Shown here: positions 40,201 to 47,771 of the stretch, one piece after another
Position numbering within the stretch: the stretch's first letter is position 1
Layout: each line of letters starts with the position of its first letter
Source: Podarcis muralis
Taxonomy: Eukaryota
Assembly: GCF_964188315.1 (NCBI RefSeq)
Contig: NC_135667.1
Span: 18,972,001-19,036,000, forward strand
Length of the DNA: 64,000 nt
Direction: 5' to 3'
Made by a program: the position numbers and the translations under genes
Notes under the pieces: model-generated
The model's input: the letters and a program-made list of their open reading frames with translations, nothing else
The model's database searches: none
Told to the model about the DNA's origin: nothing

Positions 40201-43200
40201 TGCTCCTATACCTTTAAAGTGAATCCAGTGCACATTCTTGCCTGCAAGGAATTCTGGGCACTGTAGTTTACCCTTCACAGAGTTACACTTATCACCAGCC
40301 CTTACCAAACTACAGTGCCCAGAATCCTGGTATCTGGTGCCTTTAAATTCAACATTTCTCTCTCTCTTCCCACTTTCTACTCCCCATCTATTGATCAGCA
40401 AACATAGCAGAGCAGTTGGGTTGAACCCACGAACTGGCACTTCATTAAACATTTTCTGTTGGTGGAAAGAAGAGAGGAATGGCAAATTAAACCGATGGAC
40501 TATGCCGAAATGACAAAACTGACTGGAAAGCTCAGGAACCAAGAGGACAAAGCATTTAAAAAAGAACGGGGGGAATTTACAATTTATTTAGAAGACCACT
40601 GTAAGCAGATGAAAACATTAGCAGGATTTTAATCTTACTTGTGCTGTAACAAATACTATGGATAATATGGATCATTTAAAATATAGATTATGAAATGATA
40701 TGCAGTAGAAAATGTTTATAATAGGATCCATGGAGGAGATGGGAGGAAGTCTCAAGATTCAGAGAAATCTCTTCTTCAAATTTGGTTTTGTTATGAATTT
40801 ATATTTGCAAAATCAAATAAAAAATTATTTTGTTTAAGAAAATCTGTTTAAACAAGCCTATTTAAAGATGTAATGCTGACGTGTGTTTTTAATATCCATG
40901 TTAACATTACATATTTTATTTAATCTCTGTTTAATGGTAACTTTTATTGATAATTTCAACGTATATTCTTATTCTGATCAAGGGCTTTCAAATAACATTA
41001 AATAAAGTATAAATGAATGAATGAAACTTACAGAATCAGAACCTGAGGCTTCCGAGGTGCAGAGTGGGGCTCCCAGGATGCCTTAGGTTTTAGCCCCTCT
41101 CATTGCATAGGGAAAGCATTAGTTGGTGACAATAGCAGGCCCAGGACTCCCAATTCTTAACCCTTCTCTTTAACAAGCAAGATTCAATGCCACATATTTG
41201 TTACTATGTTCAACTCTGTCTCATCAGAGCTTTCACGTTTAGTTATTTTTTTGTCCCATCAGAGCTCCGCCTAGTGAATGGCCCAAGTCGCTGCTCTGGG
41301 AGGATTGAGGCGCTGCACAACCGCCAGTGGGGGACTGTGTGTGACGCTGGTTGGGATTTGCATGATGCTCACGTTGTGTGCAGGGAACTGGGCTGTGGAA
41401 ATGCCTCCAAAGCATTTGGTGGAGCATGGTTTGGACAAGGATCTGGTCCCATCTGGCTGGAGGGAGTCAACTGTACAGGAGAAGAAGCTTTCCTGAGTGA
41501 GTGTTCCCAAAGTCCCTGGGGAGAGCACAGCTGCAACCACAGCCAGGATGCCAGTGTGGAGTGCTCAGGTAATTTTGCAAGATAAGTTGTACTTGATGAA
41601 CCCAATAGGGGGGTTTAGATCTTTGAGATCACTGAAGTTAGGATCAGATTCTTAGTTTATTACTATCATCTTAAAAGAGCATCTTTAAAGTCTGGGGACA
41701 CACTGGGGGTTATTGTTTTGTTTTTTATTCTGCTGTGTATTTTTGTGTGTTTATACTATAAACCACCCTCTGATCCTTTGGGTGAAAGATGGCATGGAAA
41801 TTCATTAAATACATAAATACGTACGAATACCATTGGCCCAATCCATTCCTCAGCAGGAAAACTGTGAAAGTTTGTAGGTCGTAAATCCTTTGACCCACGA
41901 AGTCTGCCATCCAGCACTTCAGTTAGCCTGATTTACGAGCTGGTCCGATGTTTATGGCCACCCACACGCTTCTTCTGCGCGCTGCTGTTGTCGTTGCAGA
42001 GTTCGTACGCAGCATAAATGGCTTGGTCTGTGTCAAAGTGGTGTCTTCAATAACTCAACTTGACACCAGTGCTTCTATTCTACCAAAGGTGTTTATTCGG
42101 AAGCATAAACAAACAGGAAATAAACCGACAGAATCGAGCTGCATGCTTGCAGCGTTCTGTCTCTCACAAAAACAAAACCAACTCTCAGAGACTCAGTAAC
42201 TCTGCTGAACAAAAAGAAAAATGCCTGGATAATATGGGCAGGCACCCAGTGAATAAGAACGCCTCTGGGAATGTTAACTCTAAACTGTCCAGAACCACAA
42301 CTGTAGTGGTTTGGAGTTACTCGTGCGTAAGCCGACCCCATTTGGGTGCTTGGTTGCCTGATTAAACCCTTCGGACTGCACAGCCCATCTCCGCTTGACT
42401 GCCTCAGTCACTGGCAGAATCTGTCTGTGGGCGTTTCTTAAACCTCTGCCAGCATAAAAGCTGTTTGACACCTAATCGTCTCCGCCTCTCATTGCGCGGG
42501 AGTCTCCTGCGCAGGGTGGGCGTGGGTAGCGGAGTGCCTGGGCTCTCTTCACTGACTTCCAGGGAAGAATCCCGGAGCCCTTCCACCTCCTCTTCCCCTT
42601 GCTCTCCTGGACTCTTGGTGTCACGCGTATTTCCTTCCCCTTCCACCAAGCTGAGTCTCCCCCTTGTGCTAGGACCTTCACCTGCAGAATCTGAGACCCT
42701 CTCCTTCTCCCGTGTCTCTGATGTCAGTTCCCTGACAACAACAAAAAACCTACTGTGTGATCAGCCAGATCTCACCGGGAGAATCCACGACCAGAAAGAA
42801 GAGGAATACCAAGAAGACTGGAAGAAATTTAAAGACTATTTGAATAAATATTGTAATATTAAAGATATGTAATCACTTGAAAGAATCAATTAGGCCTAGG
42901 ATTAACTTGTGATTAAATAAATAAGAAAATGTATGATAAGGAAAGTTAGGAAATATGATTATGACTGTGATATGGTTTTATGAAATGATATTGGAAACTG
43001 CTATACAGTGGTACCTCGCAAGACGAACGCCTCGCAAGACGAAAAACTCGCAAGACGAAAGAGTTTTGCATTTTTTGAGTTGCTTCGCAAGACAAATTTC
43101 CCTATGGGCTTGCTTCGCAAGACGAAAACGTCTTGCAAGTTTGTTTCCTTTTTCTTAAAACCGTTAATACCCAGGGTGCATTGCTTGAAGAGGTGCCGTT

Positions 43201-44481
43201 GCGTGCTTCACAAGACGAAAAATTCGCAAGACGACAAAACTCACAGAACGAATTAATTTCGTCTTGCGAGGCACCACTGTATATAATTACTGAGAAAGAT
43301 GGAAGAGATTTGAGGAAGTCAAGTAATATGTTTAGGAAGATGGATTTTGATCAATTAATTATGTTTTAGTTTATGTGGTGATTTCATGTATTTTAGGTTT
43401 TGTGATCTTTTTTCTTTTTCTTTTTCCCGTTTCATTCTTTCTCCTTTATTATCATTGGCTTTTTTTCTGTTATGTTTATGTATGGAAAATAATAAATATT
43501 ATTGGGGGGGGGACTGCACTGTGTTCATGATTCCCAAGAAGGCCCTGGGGACACCATTCTGCCTTCCTCCTGCTCCATGTTAAGTTGCTGGGTAGGAGCA
43601 CAGGAAAGTGCCTTAGACAGGTTGAGACCATTGGTCCATCTATCTCAGTAGCGTCTACACTGACTGGCCATAGCTGTCCAAGATTTCGGGAGAGGTTCTC
43701 TCCCCATTTTACCTGCAGATGCCAGGGATTTGACCTGTGAGCTTCTGCATGCAAAGCAGATGCTCTACCCCTAAGCTATGTCCCCCAAACAAGAGGAGCC
43801 ATGGAAGCAGTTAACAGATTAGGGAAAACAGACCCAAGCATGTCCTACTGCGATCAGGCTGTGCACAGGGCTGTGTTTCCTTGGGACACGACTAGTTAGG
43901 AAAGCAAGGCTGTGCACCAGGTTAACTCAAATTCTGCAATAATAGTTATCCCCAACTGCACCTGCAATTCTCTGCTAAGTGGCAAGACCACATAGGTCCT
44001 ACTGGATTTACTGTATTGGCCCGAATATAAGCCGCACCTTAATATAAGCAGCACCTTTAAATTTTAAGTGGGGGGGGGGAGAGAAAAAACAGTACCCGCA
44101 TATAAGCCGCCACCTCTTCAGGCACTCACACCCATTCTGTTTCAGCATCAATATTGTAAAAGCCAATTTTTGTAAGGTCGCAATTTAAGCCACACTTTAA
44201 CTTTTCATGGTCAATCACAAAAAAACAACTGTGACTTCCTGCACTAGTTTGTGGGCATATAGAGGAAAACAAAATAATGCAAGAGTGAAAAGTGAGCAGT
44301 TTGCAGGAGCCTCGGTTTTTTATTTGCAATGAATAAGTGACAGTGTCTTCCTTCTCCTGCTTTTACAGGGGACGCATCTGTCGAGGGCAACATCCGCCTG
44401 GGAGTGTCTGCCTTGGTCTTGCTTGTGTTGGTGCTGATCATGGCTGAGGCTGTGTACAGCTGGAGGAGAGGGCAGCTTTAA
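9874..44481 (+). CDS. Predicted multi-exon type I membrane receptor: split leader + 13 group-B SRCR domains + Arg-containing TM and short tail (about 1448 aa if all exons are used)
   Basis: All exons are on the plus strand with phase-1 junctions. Every SRCR exon length is a multiple of 3 with AG/GT boundaries. Exon lengths 31+36+348+348+342+348+306+336+306+315+300+303+306+303+306+113 = 4347 nt. Joining them into one transcript is inference. Confidence 0.7.
10014..10049 (+). CDS. Leader exon 2, 36-nt mini-exon ([12 protein letters not shown]); canonical donor appears mutated
   Basis: Acceptor ctctcctttccag after a 109-nt intron; 36 nt phase 1-1; followed by TTGAGT rather than GTGAGT. Confidence 0.55.
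11131..11488 (+). mobile_element. Sauria-type SINE
   Basis: tRNA-like head ggtggcgctgtgggttaaacc, core gtgcaagtagataaatagg, (ACCTTT)n tail. Confidence 0.9.
12437..12572. mobile_element. hAT-type MITE
   Basis: Long TIRs CAGTGTTTCCCAACCTTGGGTCTCCAGCTG; 8-bp TSD CATTAGAG. Confidence 0.9.
13217..13712. mobile_element. Tc1/mariner-type (CCGTA-terminus) MITE with GC-rich interior
   Basis: TIR CCGTATTTTTCGCCCTATA / TATAGGGCGAAAAATACGG, followed by TA. Confidence 0.82.
13849..14196 (+). CDS. SRCR exon 1 (group B, 8 Cys)
   Basis: cccag/GT...TCAG/gtaag; 348 nt; EIRLVNG..C.G.VE...[39 protein letters not shown]. Confidence 0.93.
15171..15518 (+). CDS. SRCR exon 2 (8 Cys)
   Basis: ctttcctcag/GC...TCAG/gtgag; 348 nt open frame with SRCR consensus. 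Confidence 0.93.
16744..17085 (+). CDS. SRCR exon 3 (8 Cys, divergent)
   Basis: cacccag/GT...TCAG/gtaag; 342 nt; [25 protein letters not shown]. Confidence 0.88.
17954..21185 (-). mobile_element. Full-length RTE/BovB LINE in the intron between SRCR exons 3 and 4, frameshifted
   Basis: BovB 5' end (CTTCATGGATCACTGCCTTG), EN ([13 protein letters not shown]) and RT ([10 protein letters not shown]) in several frames, (CAA)n tail, 9-bp TSD ACTATGATT at 17945-17953 and 21186-21194. Confidence 0.93.
21578..21925 (+). CDS. SRCR exon 4 (8 Cys)
   Basis: gacccag/GT...TCAA/gtaag; 348 nt; close paralog of exon 2 including intron flank. Confidence 0.92.
23961..24266 (+). CDS. SRCR exon 5 (8 Cys)
   Basis: ttccatcag/AG...TCAG/gtaag; 306 nt open frame. 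Confidence 0.92.
24367..24703 (+). mobile_element. Sauria-type SINE
   Basis: Same family; flanked by an imperfect direct repeat tatatcca(g/a)ttctg. Confidence 0.9.
25494..25829 (+). CDS. SRCR exon 6 (6 Cys; FEDY x3 repeat)
   Basis: ccaccag/AG...TCAG/gtaat; 336 nt open; weak polypyrimidine tract, so the 5' boundary is less certain. Confidence 0.8.
25765..25800 (+). repeat. Coding tandem repeat (TTTTGAAGACTA)x3 in SRCR exon 6
   Basis: Three perfect 12-mers encoding [12 protein letters not shown]. Confidence 0.95.
26250..26430 (+). mobile_element. BovB 3'-end fragment
   Basis: gggacgacagaggatgaaatggttggacagtg...gactaaacaactaaaaacaacaac matches the 3' end of the element at 17954. Confidence 0.8.
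27092..27397 (+). CDS. SRCR exon 7 (8 Cys)
   Basis: ccccatcag/AG...TCAG/gtaat; 306 nt; paralog of exons 5 and 13. Confidence 0.92.
27700..29290 (-). mobile_element. Degenerate L1-clade LINE 5' part (ORF1 and start of ORF2 endonuclease), with CA/TG microsatellites inside
   Basis: [18 protein letters not shown] endonuclease motif; ORF1-like coiled coil and CRWEFPEG; boundaries approximate. Confidence 0.75.
29487..29621 (+). pseudogene. Decayed 3' half of an SRCR exon
   Basis: Translates as ..[27 protein letters not shown] with in-frame TAG at 29598-29600. No 5' half or acceptor is visible; it lies next to an L1 5' end. Start coordinate is approximate. Confidence 0.6.
29981..30295 (+). CDS. 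SRCR exon 8 (8 Cys)
   Basis: ctttacag/AT...TCAG/gtaac; 315 nt; [11 protein letters not shown]. Confidence 0.92.
30905..31720 (-). mobile_element. Probable L1-clade ORF2 3' fragment, heavily decayed
   Basis: AT-rich decayed coding-like sequence resembling the other L1 3' pieces in the window (40470-40830, 42770-43500); no clean ORF. Confidence 0.45.
31972..32271 (+). CDS. SRCR exon 9 (8 Cys, divergent)
   Basis: cccaacag/AG...TCAG/gtaat; 300 nt open; all 8 Cys retained although inter-Cys consensus is eroded. Confidence 0.85.
33094..33761 (-). mobile_element. 5'-truncated BovB LINE
   Basis: Near-identical to 17954-18620; 14-bp TSD TAGGTAGGATCTTT at 33080-33093 and 33762-33775. Confidence 0.92.
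33786..34152 (+). mobile_element. Sauria-type SINE, variant subfamily
   Basis: gggacgtgggtggcgctgtggg...(ACCTTT)n tail; TSD TTTACCTGTCTTA at 33773-33785 and 34153-34165. Confidence 0.88.
34613..34915 (+). CDS. SRCR exon 10
   Basis: tctctgtag/GG...TCAG/gtaat; 303 nt; paralog of exons 8 and 12. Confidence 0.92.
34935..35625 (-). mobile_element. L1-clade ORF2 RT fragment
   Basis: [36 protein letters not shown]. Confidence 0.85.
36296..36537. mobile_element. Tigger/pogo-type MITE
   Basis: TA-CAGTGG.ACCTC ... GAGGTACCACTG-TA. Confidence 0.82.
37453..38355 (-). mobile_element. L2-clade LINE 3' fragment
   Basis: [24 protein letters not shown] and [10 protein letters not shown] motifs; (AAT)n tail at about 37453-37480. 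Confidence 0.85.
38447..38752 (+). CDS. SRCR exon 11 (8 Cys, closest to consensus)
   Basis: ccctacag/AT...TCAG/gtaaa; 306 nt; [19 protein letters not shown]. Confidence 0.93.
38898..39252 (+). mobile_element. Sauria-type SINE
   Basis: 13-bp TSD CAGTTGGGTTAGA at 38885-38897 and 39253-39265. Confidence 0.92.
39592..39894 (+). CDS. SRCR exon 12 (8 Cys)
   Basis: ctcaacag/AG...TCAG/gtaat; 303 nt. Confidence 0.92.
41263..41568 (+). CDS. SRCR exon 13 (8 Cys)
   Basis: gtcccatcag/AG...TCAG/gtaat; 306 nt. Confidence 0.93.
41730..42737 (-). mobile_element. Probable Gypsy-type LTR (42031-42737) plus decayed start of gag
   Basis: TGTCA...TGACA termini on the minus strand and AATAAA inside; downstream [11 protein letters not shown] resembles a chromovirus/sushi gag motif; no TSD seen. 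Confidence 0.45.
43006..43279. mobile_element. Tigger/pogo-type MITE
   Basis: TA-CAGTGGTACCTCGCAAGACG ... CGTCTTGCGAGGCACCACTG-TA. Confidence 0.88.
44369..44481 (+). CDS. Terminal transmembrane exon [37 protein letters not shown]
   Basis: Strong acceptor cttccttctcctgcttttacag; phase 1 matches the SRCR exons; hydrophobic stretch bracketed by Arg and Glu; TAA at 44479-44481. Missing from the ORF track. Confidence 0.82.
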
Positions 44482-44484
44482 ATA

Positions 44485-44705
44485 CAGTCATACCTCGGGT
44501 TACAGACGCTTCAGGTTGCACTTTTTTGGGTTACGGACCGCCGAAACCAAGAAGTACCAGAACGGGTTACTTCCGGGTTTTGGCGGTTGTGCATGAGCAG
44601 AAGCGCCGAATCGCAACACGCACATGCACAGCTGCGGGTTGCGAATGCTGCGGGTTGCGAACGTGCATCCCGCATGAATCACGTTTGCAACCCGAGCGTC
44701 CACTG
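44485..44705. mobile_element. Tigger/pogo-type MITE immediately after the receptor stop codon
   Basis: TA-CAGTCATACCTCGGGTTAC ... GCAACCCGAGCGTCCACTG-TA. Confidence 0.82.
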
Positions 44706-44999
44706 TAGTCCTGACTGAACCATTTCAATGGCCAAGACCCTATCCTGATGCTTGCAAGGACGCTCCATGCAAAATCAGAAGAACCACCTCTGTTTGCAAA
44801 TAATGCCAAGGCTTTCTGTTTTTGCTCACCTCTTCTCAATTTTATTCCATGTGAGAAACTAGGAATCTTTGTGTGGAGAGAAATGTCCTCATGGGACGGC
44901 TCCCTGCCTAACCCTTCAGATCTACAGCTGGAAGAATATGCAAATAGTCAAGGACACCCTGGTTGTAGATTCTCCTAATTGGCCCATTTGACTCCTGCT

Positions 45000-45338
45000 C
45001 AGTGCTGGATTTACATATAAGCTAAACAAGCTATAGCTTAGGGCCCCCCTCCCCCCCTCCCCATGAATGAAAAATCATTTTAAGTTAGAGCTTAGTAATT
45101 ATTTCACTATTAATATACTTCTTCTTAATTGTATTTCAGTTCAACAATTACTTTGATAAAATACGTAATTTGTGATGTGCAAATGGCTTTAGATACCTAT
45201 TAGGCCCATAAATTACCATATAGCATATATTCAACAAAAAACAGCGACAATTCATTGTTGACAAAGGACAGCTGGACATATATAGGGCCCCATTACCTTC
45301 AGTAGCTTAGGGCCTCATCAAACCAAAATCCGGTCCTG
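45000..45338. mobile_element. Non-autonomous hAT-type DNA transposon
   Basis: Perfect 8-bp TSD CTCCTGCT at 44992-44999 and 45339-45346. Confidence 0.82.
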
Positions 45339-46460
45339 CTCCTGCTGGTGTCTATGTTTTTCCATCATGTCATCCTGGCCTTCATCCTGTCCAGCAGTAG
45401 TCATGATGCTTTTCAGAAACCAAGTTGCATGGAATACATGAAAGGAGAGAGACAGATAGCTGTACATCACGGTACATCAGCTTCCAGGAATCTGCCCATG
45501 ACTTTGGTTCTGTCACAAATGGTGTCAACCACTGCAGAATTAACATCAAATCTAAATGAAAATTGGAACAATCACAGCTTGGTAAGGACAATAATGCTGT
45601 GAGTCAGGGGCACCATCTGGGGGAGAGGGAGTTGTGGGCCCACCAAAAGCTTCAAGGAGGGTGCTGCGCCCCCTCAGAATTCCACAGCAACTGTGCATCC
45701 ATGCCACTCAGCTGCTCAATGTCATGCACGCTGTGTGGTGTGCTTGCGTCATGCCAGCAAGCCACGTGGCATGGCGAAACATTTTATCCGTGTGTATTAA
45801 ATGCCTTTTCTTTTGCCTGCTGTTTACACACCAGACTTCTAAACAAGGGCTTTCCCTCACCTGATTGTCCCTTTGATTTCTGGAAGTCATGTTCCCTGAG
45901 TCCTCTGTTCTTAATATTCTTGATGACACTGATTGTTTGTCTCATGTTCATATTTAGTACTCTACCTTTTATGAAACCTGCTTGGTATTATTCTATGTGG
46001 CTAAAATGACTTTATTTGGTAAGAATAGATGTTAATATTTTATAATATGCAGTCAACAATGAGCTTACTTCTGTATTTTTCTTTTGCTTTTTTGAGTATT
46101 AAAATTTCTTTCCCAACTGCCCATTCATTTAGGTGCTTTGTTAGTGGTTCACCTAGCTTGTCTGCACAAGTTTCATAATATTCAGTCATCACATAATATT
46201 TAGATCAAGGTGCTCTTGGAGAAAACAGATTTTCTGGAGAAGTAGGCCTTGGAGGTTTAAGGTGAGGCAGGAACCAGATACTCCCTGGTTCTGTACTTCT
46301 AAAATTCAAAATGAGACTCAATCTCATTCACCCAAACAGTGCTCCTAAGGATCCAATTTCCATTTGAGAAGACATCAGAAAATGTATGCTAACATAGTCC
46401 AGGCTAAATAGTCACATCATTAAAAATATGCTCCTTCGTGGGATCAAATTGTATGCTGAT

Positions 46461-46570
46461 GTGGAATCAGTGCCCAGACAAGTCCTTTCAGCAGTATCTA
46501 ATTTGACCTGAATGAGCAACTATCTGCTCAAGCTTCTGGCTTCTAGACTTGGGCCCGTTTCTTGGCCAAT
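46461..46570 (-). pseudogene. Relic of the last codons and 3' UTR of a third fucosyltransferase copy
   Basis: gtatctaatttgacctgaat..ctatctgctcaagcttctggcttctagacttg..gtttcttgg aligns to 1526-1600 (end of copy A). gtggaatcagtgcccagacaagtcc aligns to 47640-47665. Confidence 0.75.
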
Positions 46571-47602
46571 TTTCACACCAAATACATGCATCAGATGTAA
46601 GAGCTGCCTGAGGCTTTCTGGCCACTTGTTTCCCCCCTGCACTTGAAGCAACAATAATAATAAAAGTCCACCCGCTAGAGCAGTATATCTTACTAACTGA
46701 ATGCAGGATTTCTCTAATCACTTAGATTCGTCCCTTAAGGTGTCCATGGCCTTACTACAGCGCTTTGAGTCTTCTGTAATTCCATGCAAGCTTGCAATGT
46801 GGCGACGGCTGAAGAATTCTGAATTCTGGGAAACACCCATATTGTTTGGAAAAATAGCTCAAGTCTTAAGCTCGTGGTTTTTGGAGACTGAAGCTTCACA
46901 ATGCATGGAATATATTTAGTGATATCTCCAGAAGCCATAGACAGGGACCTTATGAAAGGGAGCATCCACCTCCTCTATAGAGGGTAGATCATGACCCACC
47001 TGTTTGGCAAGATGTAAGTGAGGGGCTGATAAGGCTCCTAAGCAGCGGCAACAGGATACAGGAGCAAATGCATGGTGTTACTCAGAAATAACAACTACTG
47101 CACCAGTCCATTTGCTCATCTACTTTTAACTAATTAACTAAATTCAAATGATTCAATTACTAGACTTGTTGAAACAAGCAAAAAATTAGAATGTAAGTAG
47201 AAAACAAGATAATCCTCTGAAACACAGGTCAGCAGTGTCACTTCATTTTATGTGATATGCATACCAGGACAGTCATCCTGCTCACCTGTAGGGAACAGGG
47301 TGTGCAAAACATGATACAACTTGTAAGGACACGTGTGCATTAGTTAAAGCTCAACAAGCCCACAAATCACTTCCTCAAAAGAAGGGGTGAGTGAAGATCT
47401 ACATCTGGAATAGGGGGGCAAGAAAAAGTTCTACAGTGAAACCAGGGAGGGGAAAATAATGCCTGTGTACATATTGCTACTAAGTGCTTGGTGGTGGAAG
47501 GGCTCAGAATATGGTTATGTCCCAACCTCTGCACCTTACTGCAAAGAGAGGTCTAAAACAGGAATCAATGTGTTTGAACAAGCTAGGTCTTTGAGCCCCC
47601 TG

Positions 47603-47723
47603 TCAGGAGTGCTGGTGACCACTCTCACATACACGCTCTGTGGAATCAGTGCCCAGACAAGTCCTTCCAACAGCCGCCCAGAGTGGCTGGGGAAACTTAG
47701 CCAGATGGGCAGGGTATAAATAA

Positions 47724-47771
<48 letters not shown>

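Noticed and set aside
45348-46009. ORFs downstream of the TM exon as a possible cytoplasmic-tail exon
   Set aside because: The TM exon ends in a stop with no donor before it, and these ORFs show no ITIM/ITAM or splice support.
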